Both the position numbers and the translations under genes were made by a program. Below, in pieces: positions 1-7,704 of a stretch of DNA of 64,000 bases. Each line of letters begins with the position of its first letter. The stretch's first letter is position 1. Under the pieces are notes generated by a model that made no database searches, had not been told where the DNA came from, and worked only from the letters and a program-made list of their open reading frames with translations. This DNA comes from Candidatus Campbellbacteria bacterium. GTDB taxonomy: Bacteria > Patescibacteriota > Minisyncoccia > Phycocordibacterales > EsbW-18. The stretch spans positions 11,940 to 75,939 of the forward strand of contig JANLIT010000002.1 of NCBI GenBank assembly GCA_024653945.1, in the 5' to 3' direction.

Positions 1-11
1 AGAAAACGAAA

Positions 12-45
12 GCGCCCCGCCGAGCACTTTGTGCTAGGCGGGGCA
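12..45. terminator. GC-rich hairpin gccccgcc..ggcggggc, member of a recurring terminator family (also near 50640, 58790, 31095, 41690)
   Basis: inverted repeat gcgccccgccgagcac/gtgctaggcggggc read directly. Confidence 0.4.
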
Positions 46-297
46 ATCGGTACTGCTTGAGGTCCAGGTATTTATGGGGTCAAGGTGCTCATGCAAGCCG
101 GACAGTATTTGTTGTTGCAGGGCCAACAAGGACAGTCTCTGCCGTCATGTGGCCTACCGCAGTTGTGCGGTTCTCGATGAGTGTCCTCGGGTTTCACTGT
201 GGACTCCAACTTCTCGGTGACGACGATTTTATTTTTCATAACAAAACCTCCTCAGGTTCAATGTCTGCGGGAAATATATCACACTCTCTTGAATACA

Positions 298-332
298 AAA
301 AACCACCATCGAGGTGGTTTTTTGTTTTTGTG
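298..332. terminator. bidirectional rho-independent terminator downstream of the tmRNA 3' end
   Basis: aaaaaccacc-atcga-ggtggttttttgttttt: stem flanked by A-run and T-run. Confidence 0.55.
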
Positions 333-386
333 GCGCCGCAAAATGCGGCATCCTACAAAATTATATTCGTCTGCGACTCATTAATT

Positions 387-760
387 TTGTGGAGATGGTG
401 GCGATGAAGCCACGTCCAATATGTGATGTCATACGAGTCTACGTAATCTAGCGTTGTCTTGAGGTCTTACACACTATCTTAAAGACAGGCGAAACGATAG
501 CGTGCCAGAACCGATTGGTGTTACGTATTCGTCGGAACATCCGAGTACGCTAGTTTGAATTGGTTTACACCCGCTAACACCTCTCAAACAAAGATGTCAG
601 AAGACGTCGCTTAGGCGTTAACGAAAGCGAAATCCGATACCGCGAGGTATGGACTTTTGACTGCAGATTGTGCAGGTATGTTTGTACTGTTTTAAGGAAG
701 TCAGCACACTTCCACCACGCACGTATAACAATCGTCACATTGTCGAAACGAGGCATCCCC
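387..760 (-). ncRNA. ssrA: tmRNA (SsrA), standard one-piece, ~370 nt
   Basis: Minus-strand 5' end GGGGATGCCTCGTTTCGACAATG matches the tmRNA 5' consensus GGGGnuG...GGAUUCGAC. 3' end ...GGACGTGGC-TTCATC-GCCAC-CATCTCC-A is a T-arm-like stem-loop followed by a 7-nt strand complementary (with G-U) to the 5' GGGGATG acceptor, then discriminator A. CCA is not encoded. Candidate tag ORF ..AVSDFAFVNA* around 611-645. Adjacent to smpB. Confidence 0.6.
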
Positions 761-871
761 CGACACGAAAGAAATAACAAAGCACAAATATCAAAGTTCA
801 AAAAATAGATGTTCTCCATTCTTTGGATTTTGAGTTTTGGATTTTGAACTTCCACCGCTTCGGTGGTGCCT

Positions 872-1321
872 CTAATATTCTCTTTTCAAAGTACGACGCA
901 TATCTTTTTGCGCTTCTTTCTTCTTCAGTGATTCACGCTTGTCTCCTTTTTTCTTCCCACGAACCAACGCGCAATCAACCTTTATCAATCCTTTCTTATT
1001 ATACATCGATAACGGTACTATTGTCAATCCCTTCTGTTTTTCGCCATCGGCCAATTCTCTGATTTCTTTCTTAGAAAGCAATAAACGGCGAGTTTTCTCG
1101 GGGTCGTAGTTTTCAGGCTGATTTTTTGGCTGATAGGGGCCAATGTGCATTTTCACCAAAAATGCTTCCCCTGCTCGCACGACAATATATGCTCCATCAA
1201 GCGAGCCATTACCTGCGCGTATTGATTTTACCTCGTATCCTTTGAGCTCAATACCCGCCTCAACGTGTTCAAGGACCTCAACGTCGCGGAGCACTTTTTT
1301 ATTTTGAATCAAGGACGCCAT
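872..1321 (-). CDS. smpB: SsrA-binding protein SmpB
   Basis: 149 aa; VKSIRAGNGSL..GAYIVVRAGEAFLV..GPYQPKN..DPEKTRRLLL.KKEI typical SmpB. Confidence 0.9.
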   Translation of the reverse strand: MASLIQNKKVLRDVEVLEHVEAGIELKGYEVKSIRAGNGSLDGAYIVVRAGEAFLVKMHIGPYQPKNQPENYDPEKTRRLLLSKKEIRELADGEKQKGLTIVPLSMYNKKGLIKVDCALVRGKKKGDKRESLKKKEAQKDMRRTLKREY

Positions 1322-1518
1322 ACACGTATCATACCACTACTGCCTGCCCCTTTAACAAAAAAGCCTCGCACGGCTTTCAAGTGCAGGGTTTTTTTGTTGT
1401 ATCCCAACCACGGTGGCGGGGTTACTTAGTTAATACTGATATATAGTCAAAATGTTACTTTCTGCTTACTACCTACTACTTTCTACTTTTGCTTCCTACT
1501 TACTACTTCTTACCATCC

Positions 1519-1917
1519 CTATCCCTTTGTGCCGTCTCTAGTGATTGAAAAGAGTTCATCAAAAATTTGTGAGGGAGGAAATGCCGCTTTAAAAATAAAT
1601 TTGTGCACGCCTAACTTTTTTGCTTCCGTCATGACCGCATCACCCGCCGTATTGGAAAGAATTGCAATCTCTGCGTTCGGTACTAGGTTCTCTTCACGAA
1701 TCACTTTCAACACATCCATGCCCGACATGCCCGGCATTGTAATATCAAGCGCAACAATATCTGGCACAAAGTCGTGTCCGCGAAGAATATCGAGTGCATC
1801 CTTTCCGTTCAGTGCGATACGCAAATTGAGACCCTCCTTTGCCGCACGTTTTTGGTACAACGACATGAGAAACTCATCATCATCAACCATGAGTACTTTG
1901 TGTGATGTCTGTATCAT
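1519..1917 (-). CDS. response-regulator receiver (CheY-like REC) single-domain protein
   Basis: VLMVDDDEF..D..LDITMPGMSGMDVLK..KLGVHKFIFK: acid pocket, phospho-acceptor Asp and conserved Lys. Confidence 0.8.
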   Translation of the reverse strand: MIQTSHKVLMVDDDEFLMSLYQKRAAKEGLNLRIALNGKDALDILRGHDFVPDIVALDITMPGMSGMDVLKVIREENLVPNAEIAILSNTAGDAVMTEAKKLGVHKFIFKAAFPPSQIFDELFSITRDGTKG

Positions 1918-1959
1918 ATGGAGAAAAGAGTTACTAATAATACATTTTCTCGTGCGTAG

Positions 1960-2352
1960 TTATTTGATGTGCGCAACAGAGAGCAGTTCGTCAAAAACCT
2001 GTGAGGGTAAGAGAGACGCTTTCATAATAAATTTTGAAACGTTCAGGTCTTGCATATCTTTTGCAAGGTCATTTTCATTGTTGTTGGAAAGAACAACGAT
2101 GCGCGCTTGTGGTACAAGTTTTTCTGCACGAATTGTTTTCAAGAGGTCCATACCGCTCATGCCCGCCATGGTTACATCAAGGGCAATAATATCAGGAACA
2201 AGTCCTTCGCGAAGTTGCGAGAGGGCCTCTTCACCACTGAATGCCGTAGAGAGTTCAACAGGATACCCCTCCGCCTTTTTTTGGTACAAGGACACGAGAA
2301 ACTGGTCGTCATCAACCATAAGAATCTTTTGTTTGTTTTGTGGCGTGTCCAT
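1960..2352 (-). CDS. response-regulator receiver (REC) single-domain protein, tandem paralog of 1519..1917
   Basis: ILMVDDDQF..LDVTMAGMSGMDLLK..NVSKFIMK; ~45% identical to its neighbour. Confidence 0.8.
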   Translation of the reverse strand: MDTPQNKQKILMVDDDQFLVSLYQKKAEGYPVELSTAFSGEEALSQLREGLVPDIIALDVTMAGMSGMDLLKTIRAEKLVPQARIVVLSNNNENDLAKDMQDLNVSKFIMKASLLPSQVFDELLSVAHIK

Positions 2353-2548
2353 ATCGTAAGGTCAACTATAGCAAAACCACAGGGGCACGCTATGGGTAAA
2401 AACCATTTTGGTGGACTACATAGAAATATTGTCTAAAGAGGAAAATGTGCTATAGTAACAGCGTAAAACACATTGCCCAAAACTATATAACAACCTACGC
2501 CTTCATTAACATCTTATTGCTTACTACTTTATTCTTACTTCTACCCTC

Positions 2549-3070
2549 TTGAGTACCCCAAACAGAAACCGCGTCCGCATGAATGCATTAATCACCGCAA
2601 CCGAAATGCGTGTGATGGGTCCCGATGGAGAAAATCTCGGTGTACTTCCACGTGAAGAAGCTCTCGCCAAAGCGCGCGAGTTCGGACTTGATCTTGTTGA
2701 AATTTCTCCAAACGCAACTCCTCCTGTGGTAAAGATTATCGAATACGGAAAATACTTGTACGAACAAGCAAAGAAAGCTCGTGAAAACAAGGCGAAGTCG
2801 CACCAAACCGAGACCAAGAGCGTGCAGGTCAAAATCGGTACCTCCGAGCACAGCATGGGTATCAAAGCCAAACAAGCATCACAGTGGCTTGCTGAAGGTC
2901 ACCGCGTGCGTTTTGAGCTCTATTTACAAGGCCGTGCTAAGTACTTGGACAAAACCTTCCTCAAAGAGCGTATGGAACGTTTCCTCAAGTTCATCACCGT
3001 GGACTTCAAAATTGCCGAACCTGTCAAACAGGCACCTAAGGGTATGAGTATGGTGCTTGAGAAAAAATAA
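2549..3070 (+). CDS. infC: translation initiation factor IF-3
   Basis: INEEI-like N-terminus (MNALITATEMRVMGPDGENLGVLPREEALAKAREFGLDLVEISPNATPPVVKI), C-terminal domain SVQVKIGTSEHSMGIK. Track start is TTG at 2549; an in-frame ATG lies at 2579. A non-AUG start is classic for infC. Confidence 0.9.
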   Translation: MSTPNRNRVRMNALITATEMRVMGPDGENLGVLPREEALAKAREFGLDLVEISPNATPPVVKIIEYGKYLYEQAKKARENKAKSHQTETKSVQVKIGTSEHSMGIKAKQASQWLAEGHRVRFELYLQGRAKYLDKTFLKERMERFLKFITVDFKIAEPVKQAPKGMSMVLEKK

Positions 3071-3083
3071 CTCTCCGCTCCTG

Positions 3084-3170
3084 CCCTATTTTTGAGAACA
3101 CGAAAACCGCCTGCTGGCGGTTTTCTCTCTCCGACGTCGCCACGCCTACAAAGTTTCTCAAAAATAGGGC
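3084..3170. repeat. palindromic terminator-like element (family also at 21444, 31153, 36855) directly 3' of infC
   Basis: ccctatttttgagaa...aaaaccgcc-tgct-ggcggtttt...ttctcaaaaataggg: outer inverted repeat enclosing a terminator hairpin. Confidence 0.6.
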
Positions 3171-3340
3171 TTCGCTACGTACACGCCGGACCCTGTATGC
3201 AACAGGCTCCGCCTATTAAAAATACAGAAACCACTTGCAAAAAGACAATAAAAATGTACTATGGGTAAGCCCATGTGGGCCTCTTTTTATGAGGACGGGG
3301 CTTCCAACCTCTCACTTCTAACCTCCAACTTCCACTTTAT

Positions 3341-3526
3341 ATGAAGACCAACAAAGCATATTCAAAACGACTTCGCATCACGAAAAACGGTAAGGTTATC
3401 GGCCGAAAAGCTGGTGGCAACCACTACAATGCTAAGGAGTCCCGAAGCACACAACTCGCACGCAAGCGTTCACGAATCATTTCACTTACACCAAAAATCC
3501 GCACGCGTTATTTGCCGTCAAAGTAG
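3341..3526 (+). CDS. rpmI: 50S ribosomal protein L35
   Basis: 61 aa basic protein MKTNKAYSKRLRITKNGKV..RKAGGNHYNAK between infC and rplT (conserved infC-rpmI-rplT order). Confidence 0.85.
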   Translation: MKTNKAYSKRLRITKNGKVIGRKAGGNHYNAKESRSTQLARKRSRIISLTPKIRTRYLPSK

Positions 3527-3574
3527 TTTTCTTATTTCCAACGTCTAACATCTAACTTCCAACTTCCACTTTAT

Positions 3575-3946
3575 ATGACCCGAGTAAAACGAGGAACAAT
3601 TGCACTCAAACGCCGTCGAAATGTGCTCAAACGAGCAAAGGGTTTTCGTAATACACGAAAGAGTAAGGAGAAGCTCGCAAAGGAGTCACTCGTAAAGTCA
3701 GGAATGCACGCATTTGCACACCGCAAAGATAAGAAAAATGATTTCCGTCGATTGTGGCAAACACGCATTTCCGCAGCGGTTGCTCCCCACAACATTTCAT
3801 ACAGCAAATTCATTGGTCTCGTGAATGCAAAAAAGATAACACTGAACCGCAAGATGCTCGCAGAAATCGCGATGACACATCCTCAAACATTTGAACGTAT
3901 CGTCAAACAAGTTCTCGCTCCTCAAACAAAGACAACCGCAAAATAA
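3575..3946 (+). CDS. rplT: 50S ribosomal protein L20
   Basis: MTRVKRGTIALKRRRNVLKRAKGF..RLWQTRISAA..ISYSKFI: L20 signature. Confidence 0.9.
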   Translation: MTRVKRGTIALKRRRNVLKRAKGFRNTRKSKEKLAKESLVKSGMHAFAHRKDKKNDFRRLWQTRISAAVAPHNISYSKFIGLVNAKKITLNRKMLAEIAMTHPQTFERIVKQVLAPQTKTTAK

Positions 3947-3956
3947 TAAAAACACC

Positions 3957-3992
3957 CCCAACATCCTATCGGGGGTATTTTTATGTCCACAA
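3957..3992. terminator. bidirectional intrinsic terminator between rplT (+) and the ABC exporter (-)
   Basis: aaaacaccccc-aacatcctatc-gggggtatttttat: hairpin with T-runs on both strands. Confidence 0.6.
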
Positions 3993-4012
3993 AAAATTAC
4001 TGTGTCTTTACA

Positions 4013-5827
4013 CTATTGATTCTTTTCCATAAAACCACTTACTTGCAAATCCCACAACTTCTTATACAAACCACTATCTTTGTTTGATAACTCATCGTGT
4101 GTTCCATCTTCAACAACTGAACCATTACCCATAACTATAATACGGTCCATTTTTTTCACAGTTGAAAGTCTGTGTGCAATAACAATCGTTGTACAGTCCT
4201 TCATAAGATTTTCTAAAGCACCCTGAATGAGCGACTCTGAGTATGAATCGAGACTTGACGTTGCCTCATCGAAAATAAGTATGGGAGCTTTTTTCAGTAT
4301 TGCTCGTGCGATAGCAACACGTTGACGTTCTCCCCCAGAAAGTTTTATTCCACGTTCACCAACAAACGTTTCATATTTCAAGGGCAAGGTATCAATAAAT
4401 TCATCGCAGTGTGCAAGACATGCGGCTTCCTTAACTTCTTCATCGGTAGCATCTCGACGACCATATCGAATATTTTCAATAAGTGTTCGATGAAAGAGGA
4501 CTGGGTCTTGAGGCACAAAACTGATGTTTTCACGGAGGGATTCCTGCGAAACAAGGCTGATATCTTGACTATCAATGCGTATTGAACCTTTTGTGAGGTT
4601 ATACAGTCGCATGATGAGCCGTACAAGGGTTGTCTTCCCAGCACCAGATGGACCAATAATAGCAACCTTTTCTCCTGGTTTAATGGTGAGGGTGATGTTG
4701 TGTAACACTTTATTATTTTCTCCAAACGCAAATGATATAGAGTCAAACACTATTTCACCTCGTGTCACAACTAACTTTTTTGCGTGTGGTATATTTTTGA
4801 TTTCATGCTTTGTAAGCAAAATATCAACCATCTCTTTTGAATCAGCGATACTTTGATAAATATTTCGAATTATTTTGTTGAGACCCCACAATTGGTTAGC
4901 AACACCAATAATGTACGTCTGTGCCAACACAAACGTACCTATCGTAATAAGACCAAGGCTCCAGTATCGTATCGCAAAGTAAAATACGAAAAATTCAACA
5001 ACAGATATCAGTAAAATTTGTATGGCATCTACAACGTTTCCCAAACGCCAAGAGAAGAGTATTTTTTGGGCCTGATCATTAGAAACTCCTTGGAAACCAA
5101 GTGATTCATGTTTATGGCCGGTGAAAAAAGATATCGCATTGTTGTTTGTTATAGAATCCGCCAAATACCCCGTGGTTCGAGAGTCAGCCTCAGCAACGGC
5201 CGTATCATATTTTAGTTTCCATGTAGAAAACACCACACTAAAGACAACAAATATGACAACCCACACCCCTAAAATAACAGAAATAACAGGAGCCACAGAC
5301 CATGTAATCCATATTGAACCAATAATAGTTATGGTAAGAGGCATCATATTAAAGGCCACGCTGTCAGTGAGAGCCTCAAACGCACGGCTGAAACGACCAA
5401 CCCTTTGAACAAGACTTCCACTAAAATTGTTAGCAAAAAAAGTATATGAATGCTCTATCATATAGGTAAAAGCATTCTGTTTTAAACGCGCCATAACACT
5501 GGACTGCATTTTTGTGAAAAAGTATGTTCCCGCTTGCCAAAAAAGTTGATTTCCTAAATGTAAAAATAAGATAATAAAAATTACTCTATTAAGATCTGAA
5601 ACTACAGAAACGGGGTCTGTGGATTTTCCAAGAATATCAAAAACGTCTTTGTAGTAGAGAGGAACAATAACGTTGACAATCTGAGCACAAAAAAAGAAGA
5701 CGTACGAAAAAACAAACCAGTTTTTCATTGGTCGTACACCATTCCAAAACTGGGTCATTATTTGACTAATGGAAATATTTTGACCTAATCTGCCACTTTC
5801 TTTCATAACCTTCACACTATACAACAA
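4013..5827 (-). CDS. ABC exporter, fused permease-ATPase (MsbA/bacteriocin-exporter type)
   Basis: 604 aa; N-terminal 6-TM domain; C-terminal NBD with Walker A GPSGAGKTT, signature LSGGERQRVAIARAIL, Walker B ILIFDEATSSLD, H-loop IAHRLST. Confidence 0.9.
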   Translation of the reverse strand: MLYSVKVMKESGRLGQNISISQIMTQFWNGVRPMKNWFVFSYVFFFCAQIVNVIVPLYYKDVFDILGKSTDPVSVVSDLNRVIFIILFLHLGNQLFWQAGTYFFTKMQSSVMARLKQNAFTYMIEHSYTFFANNFSGSLVQRVGRFSRAFEALTDSVAFNMMPLTITIIGSIWITWSVAPVISVILGVWVVIFVVFSVVFSTWKLKYDTAVAEADSRTTGYLADSITNNNAISFFTGHKHESLGFQGVSNDQAQKILFSWRLGNVVDAIQILLISVVEFFVFYFAIRYWSLGLITIGTFVLAQTYIIGVANQLWGLNKIIRNIYQSIADSKEMVDILLTKHEIKNIPHAKKLVVTRGEIVFDSISFAFGENNKVLHNITLTIKPGEKVAIIGPSGAGKTTLVRLIMRLYNLTKGSIRIDSQDISLVSQESLRENISFVPQDPVLFHRTLIENIRYGRRDATDEEVKEAACLAHCDEFIDTLPLKYETFVGERGIKLSGGERQRVAIARAILKKAPILIFDEATSSLDSYSESLIQGALENLMKDCTTIVIAHRLSTVKKMDRIIVMGNGSVVEDGTHDELSNKDSGLYKKLWDLQVSGFMEKNQ

Positions 5828-5880
5828 AAATCACGTTGAATCATCTCAAACTAAAGACAGAAACAAGAAAAGTTGCATAA

Positions 5881-5910
5881 TAAAAACCCTCGCTTCTGGC
5901 GAGGGTTTTT
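5881..5910. terminator. bidirectional terminator hairpin
   Basis: aaaaaccctcgc-ttct-ggcgagggttttta. Confidence 0.55.
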
Positions 5911-6370
5911 ATTTCTTGTTGTTCTGATTGATAACAGTAAGCCACTTACCCTTATCTTTTTGACATTTTCGTAGTGAAAGTTTTTCGGAAACCTTCCACA
6001 TACCACCATATATCTTTTTTGCAGTTTTGAGTGAATCTTGCAGGTTCCTTTCATCGCTTACAAAAATGCTTCTTTTACGAGGAAAGAACTGCCAAACCGA
6101 TGGGTCTATTGCATATACTACATTCTTTTCTTGTATCGCTAAAATATCGTGAGATTGCTTGGTGTTACACACCCTATTACCTTTCAACACATGTACAACG
6201 GCCTCCGGAAAGGATTTAAGAACAAAACACCCAGCTAATCGGGATAGTTCACTGCAGTTATCCGTAGCTAAACTAGCCAAAGATTGTCTTGTACCTCCAG
6301 ATTTTCTTAAAACTTTTTTGGCAAAGTTCTGTATCTTATCTATGTTCTTTTTTGTGATGCTGTTTTTCAC
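5909..6370 (-). CDS. hypothetical protein (153 aa, basic)
   Basis: ORF in AT-rich native composition, co-directional and 4-nt overlapping with the upstream gene; no recognisable motif. Confidence 0.45.
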   Translation of the reverse strand: MKNSITKKNIDKIQNFAKKVLRKSGGTRQSLASLATDNCSELSRLAGCFVLKSFPEAVVHVLKGNRVCNTKQSHDILAIQEKNVVYAIDPSVWQFFPRKRSIFVSDERNLQDSLKTAKKIYGGMWKVSEKLSLRKCQKDKGKWLTVINQNNKK

Positions 6371-7059
6371 TGGGTGCTTTTAACATATTCAAACAACCAC
6401 GGAATGTATGTGCCCACATCTGATTTCTCTTTCCATGTTGTTAATGCCTGTTTGAGCATCGGACGATGGTGTGGATAGAAAATCATTTTCTTTACGCCGT
6501 GTATAGATGAAAACGGTTGAGTCGAAAGAATCACTGAGTTGAAGATTTCAGACACATCCCATAAAAAAGGACTTTTATACAGTTTCGGAAAATATTTCTT
6601 CACATAATCAAAAAAGAAAAAATGTAGAATTTCGTGCGCAGTGACAAAACGAACACCATCTTGATGTTTCCAAAAAATTTGAAATGACTTCGTTTCCAAA
6701 AAACGAGGGTTGCAGTCTATTATCGACAGAAAAGCGCGATACCCCTTTCGTGGTGTTGGTTTTTTACCAAACATTTTTTCCACAGTAGTAAAATATATGT
6801 TTTCTGTAACAGACCATTCTTTCTTAAAGATAGAAAGTGTTTTGCGCAATTCTTTATTATGTTTTGTGTAAAAAGTATCCACGTACTTAGAAACCACCTC
6901 TTTTCTTTTTTTAAAAGAAAGCTCTTTCACTTTTTTAAGTTGGGGATGTACAGAAATAATACCTGCACCAAAATCAACCCCACCCTCTTCCGCTGATAAA
7001 AAATCGAGGATAATTTCTTTGTCTAGCTTTTTATTTAATTGAAATGATGTCTTTTTCAT
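6367..7059 (-). CDS. hypothetical protein with HExxH motif (putative Zn-metallopeptidase-like)
   Basis: ..VTAHEILHFFFFD..; ATG at 7059 (the track ORF extends to 7152 on an alternative start); overlaps the P-loop gene by 29 nt. Confidence 0.5.
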   Translation of the reverse strand: MKKTSFQLNKKLDKEIILDFLSAEEGGVDFGAGIISVHPQLKKVKELSFKKRKEVVSKYVDTFYTKHNKELRKTLSIFKKEWSVTENIYFTTVEKMFGKKPTPRKGYRAFLSIIDCNPRFLETKSFQIFWKHQDGVRFVTAHEILHFFFFDYVKKYFPKLYKSPFLWDVSEIFNSVILSTQPFSSIHGVKKMIFYPHHRPMLKQALTTWKEKSDVGTYIPWLFEYVKSTQ

Positions 7060-7510
7060 TTTTTGGTGTCCTTCTGGAAAAGACAACTGTTTGAACCTTA
7101 CGATTATCCCAATCGGTCGTCTTGAGTATTTTTTGAAGATGTAGAACCTCATCTCTCATACTCCTCGTTACAATAAAAATTGCGGGAGTTTGTATCTTTT
7201 TTAAGACTCTAAACCATCGAGCAACTTTTTGGAGGTATTTTTTACTGTAGTGGGGTTTTTCCGTTGAGCGTTTCTCCAAAAATTCTTTATCTTGAAAAGT
7301 TTCTACTTCATCAACGATTACTACCCTTCCCTTTGGTGAGGTACGTATCCGGTCACAATCGGGAAAATACGAAACTGCCATTTTTTTACGTTTTAGAAAT
7401 GGTATAAGTTCCTTCAAAACAAAGTATGTTTTCCCGGAATCACTTGTACCAACTAAAAAGACACTCTTCTTTTTCTTGAGTAAGTTATAAATCTTATTTT
7501 TACGGTTCAT
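7031..7510 (-). CDS. small P-loop NTPase
   Basis: Walker A VFLVGTSDSGKTYF, Walker B-like VVIVDEVE; ATG at 7510 preceded by TATAAT only ~6 nt upstream (leaderless-type start). Confidence 0.6.
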   Translation of the reverse strand: MNRKNKIYNLLKKKKSVFLVGTSDSGKTYFVLKELIPFLKRKKMAVSYFPDCDRIRTSPKGRVVIVDEVETFQDKEFLEKRSTEKPHYSKKYLQKVARWFRVLKKIQTPAIFIVTRSMRDEVLHLQKILKTTDWDNRKVQTVVFSRRTPKNEKDIISIK

Positions 7511-7532
7511 AGCTGAATTATATAAAAGAAAT

Positions 7533-7563
7533 ACGGAGAGAGGAACACTTCCCTCTCTCCGTA
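7533..7563 (-). terminator. intrinsic terminator after the rSAM-peptide pair
   Basis: minus-strand acggagagagg-gaagtgtt-cctctctccgt followed by atttctttt. Confidence 0.6.
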
Positions 7564-7575
7564 TGTAGTGCTGGA

Positions 7576-7698
7576 TCACTTCGTCCGGCACGGGATGTTC
7601 TTGGCCATCTTGCAGCCTGCGCCCGCCTTGGAGTGCTTGGAGCTGCAGGGACGCGGCTCGGAAGCCACAGCAATGCGGGTTCTGCGGTACTTACGCAT
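7576..7698 (-). CDS. 40-aa basic Cys-containing peptide MRKYRRTRIAVASEPRPCSSKHSKAGAGCKMAKNIPCRTK (candidate rSAM substrate/precursor)
   Basis: ATG 6 nt after the rSAM stop codon, SD-like GGGGGTGAAAG upstream, 3 Cys, ~62% GC against a ~40% background, followed by a terminator. Not in the ORF track because it is under 60 aa. Confidence 0.4.
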   Translation of the reverse strand: MRKYRRTRIAVASEPRPCSSKHSKAGAGCKMAKNIPCRTK

Positions 7699-7704
7699 GT
7701 TCTT

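Noticed and set aside
57-855. Several short ORFs (57..407, 181..384, 574..855, 823..1062)
   Set aside because: The region is occupied by the tmRNA gene and its terminators. The ORFs have no coding signal and overlap structured RNA.
1529-2359. 276-aa + strand ORF
   Set aside because: It is antisense to two well-supported REC-domain genes and has no motifs. It is an artefact of the open frames of the opposite strand.
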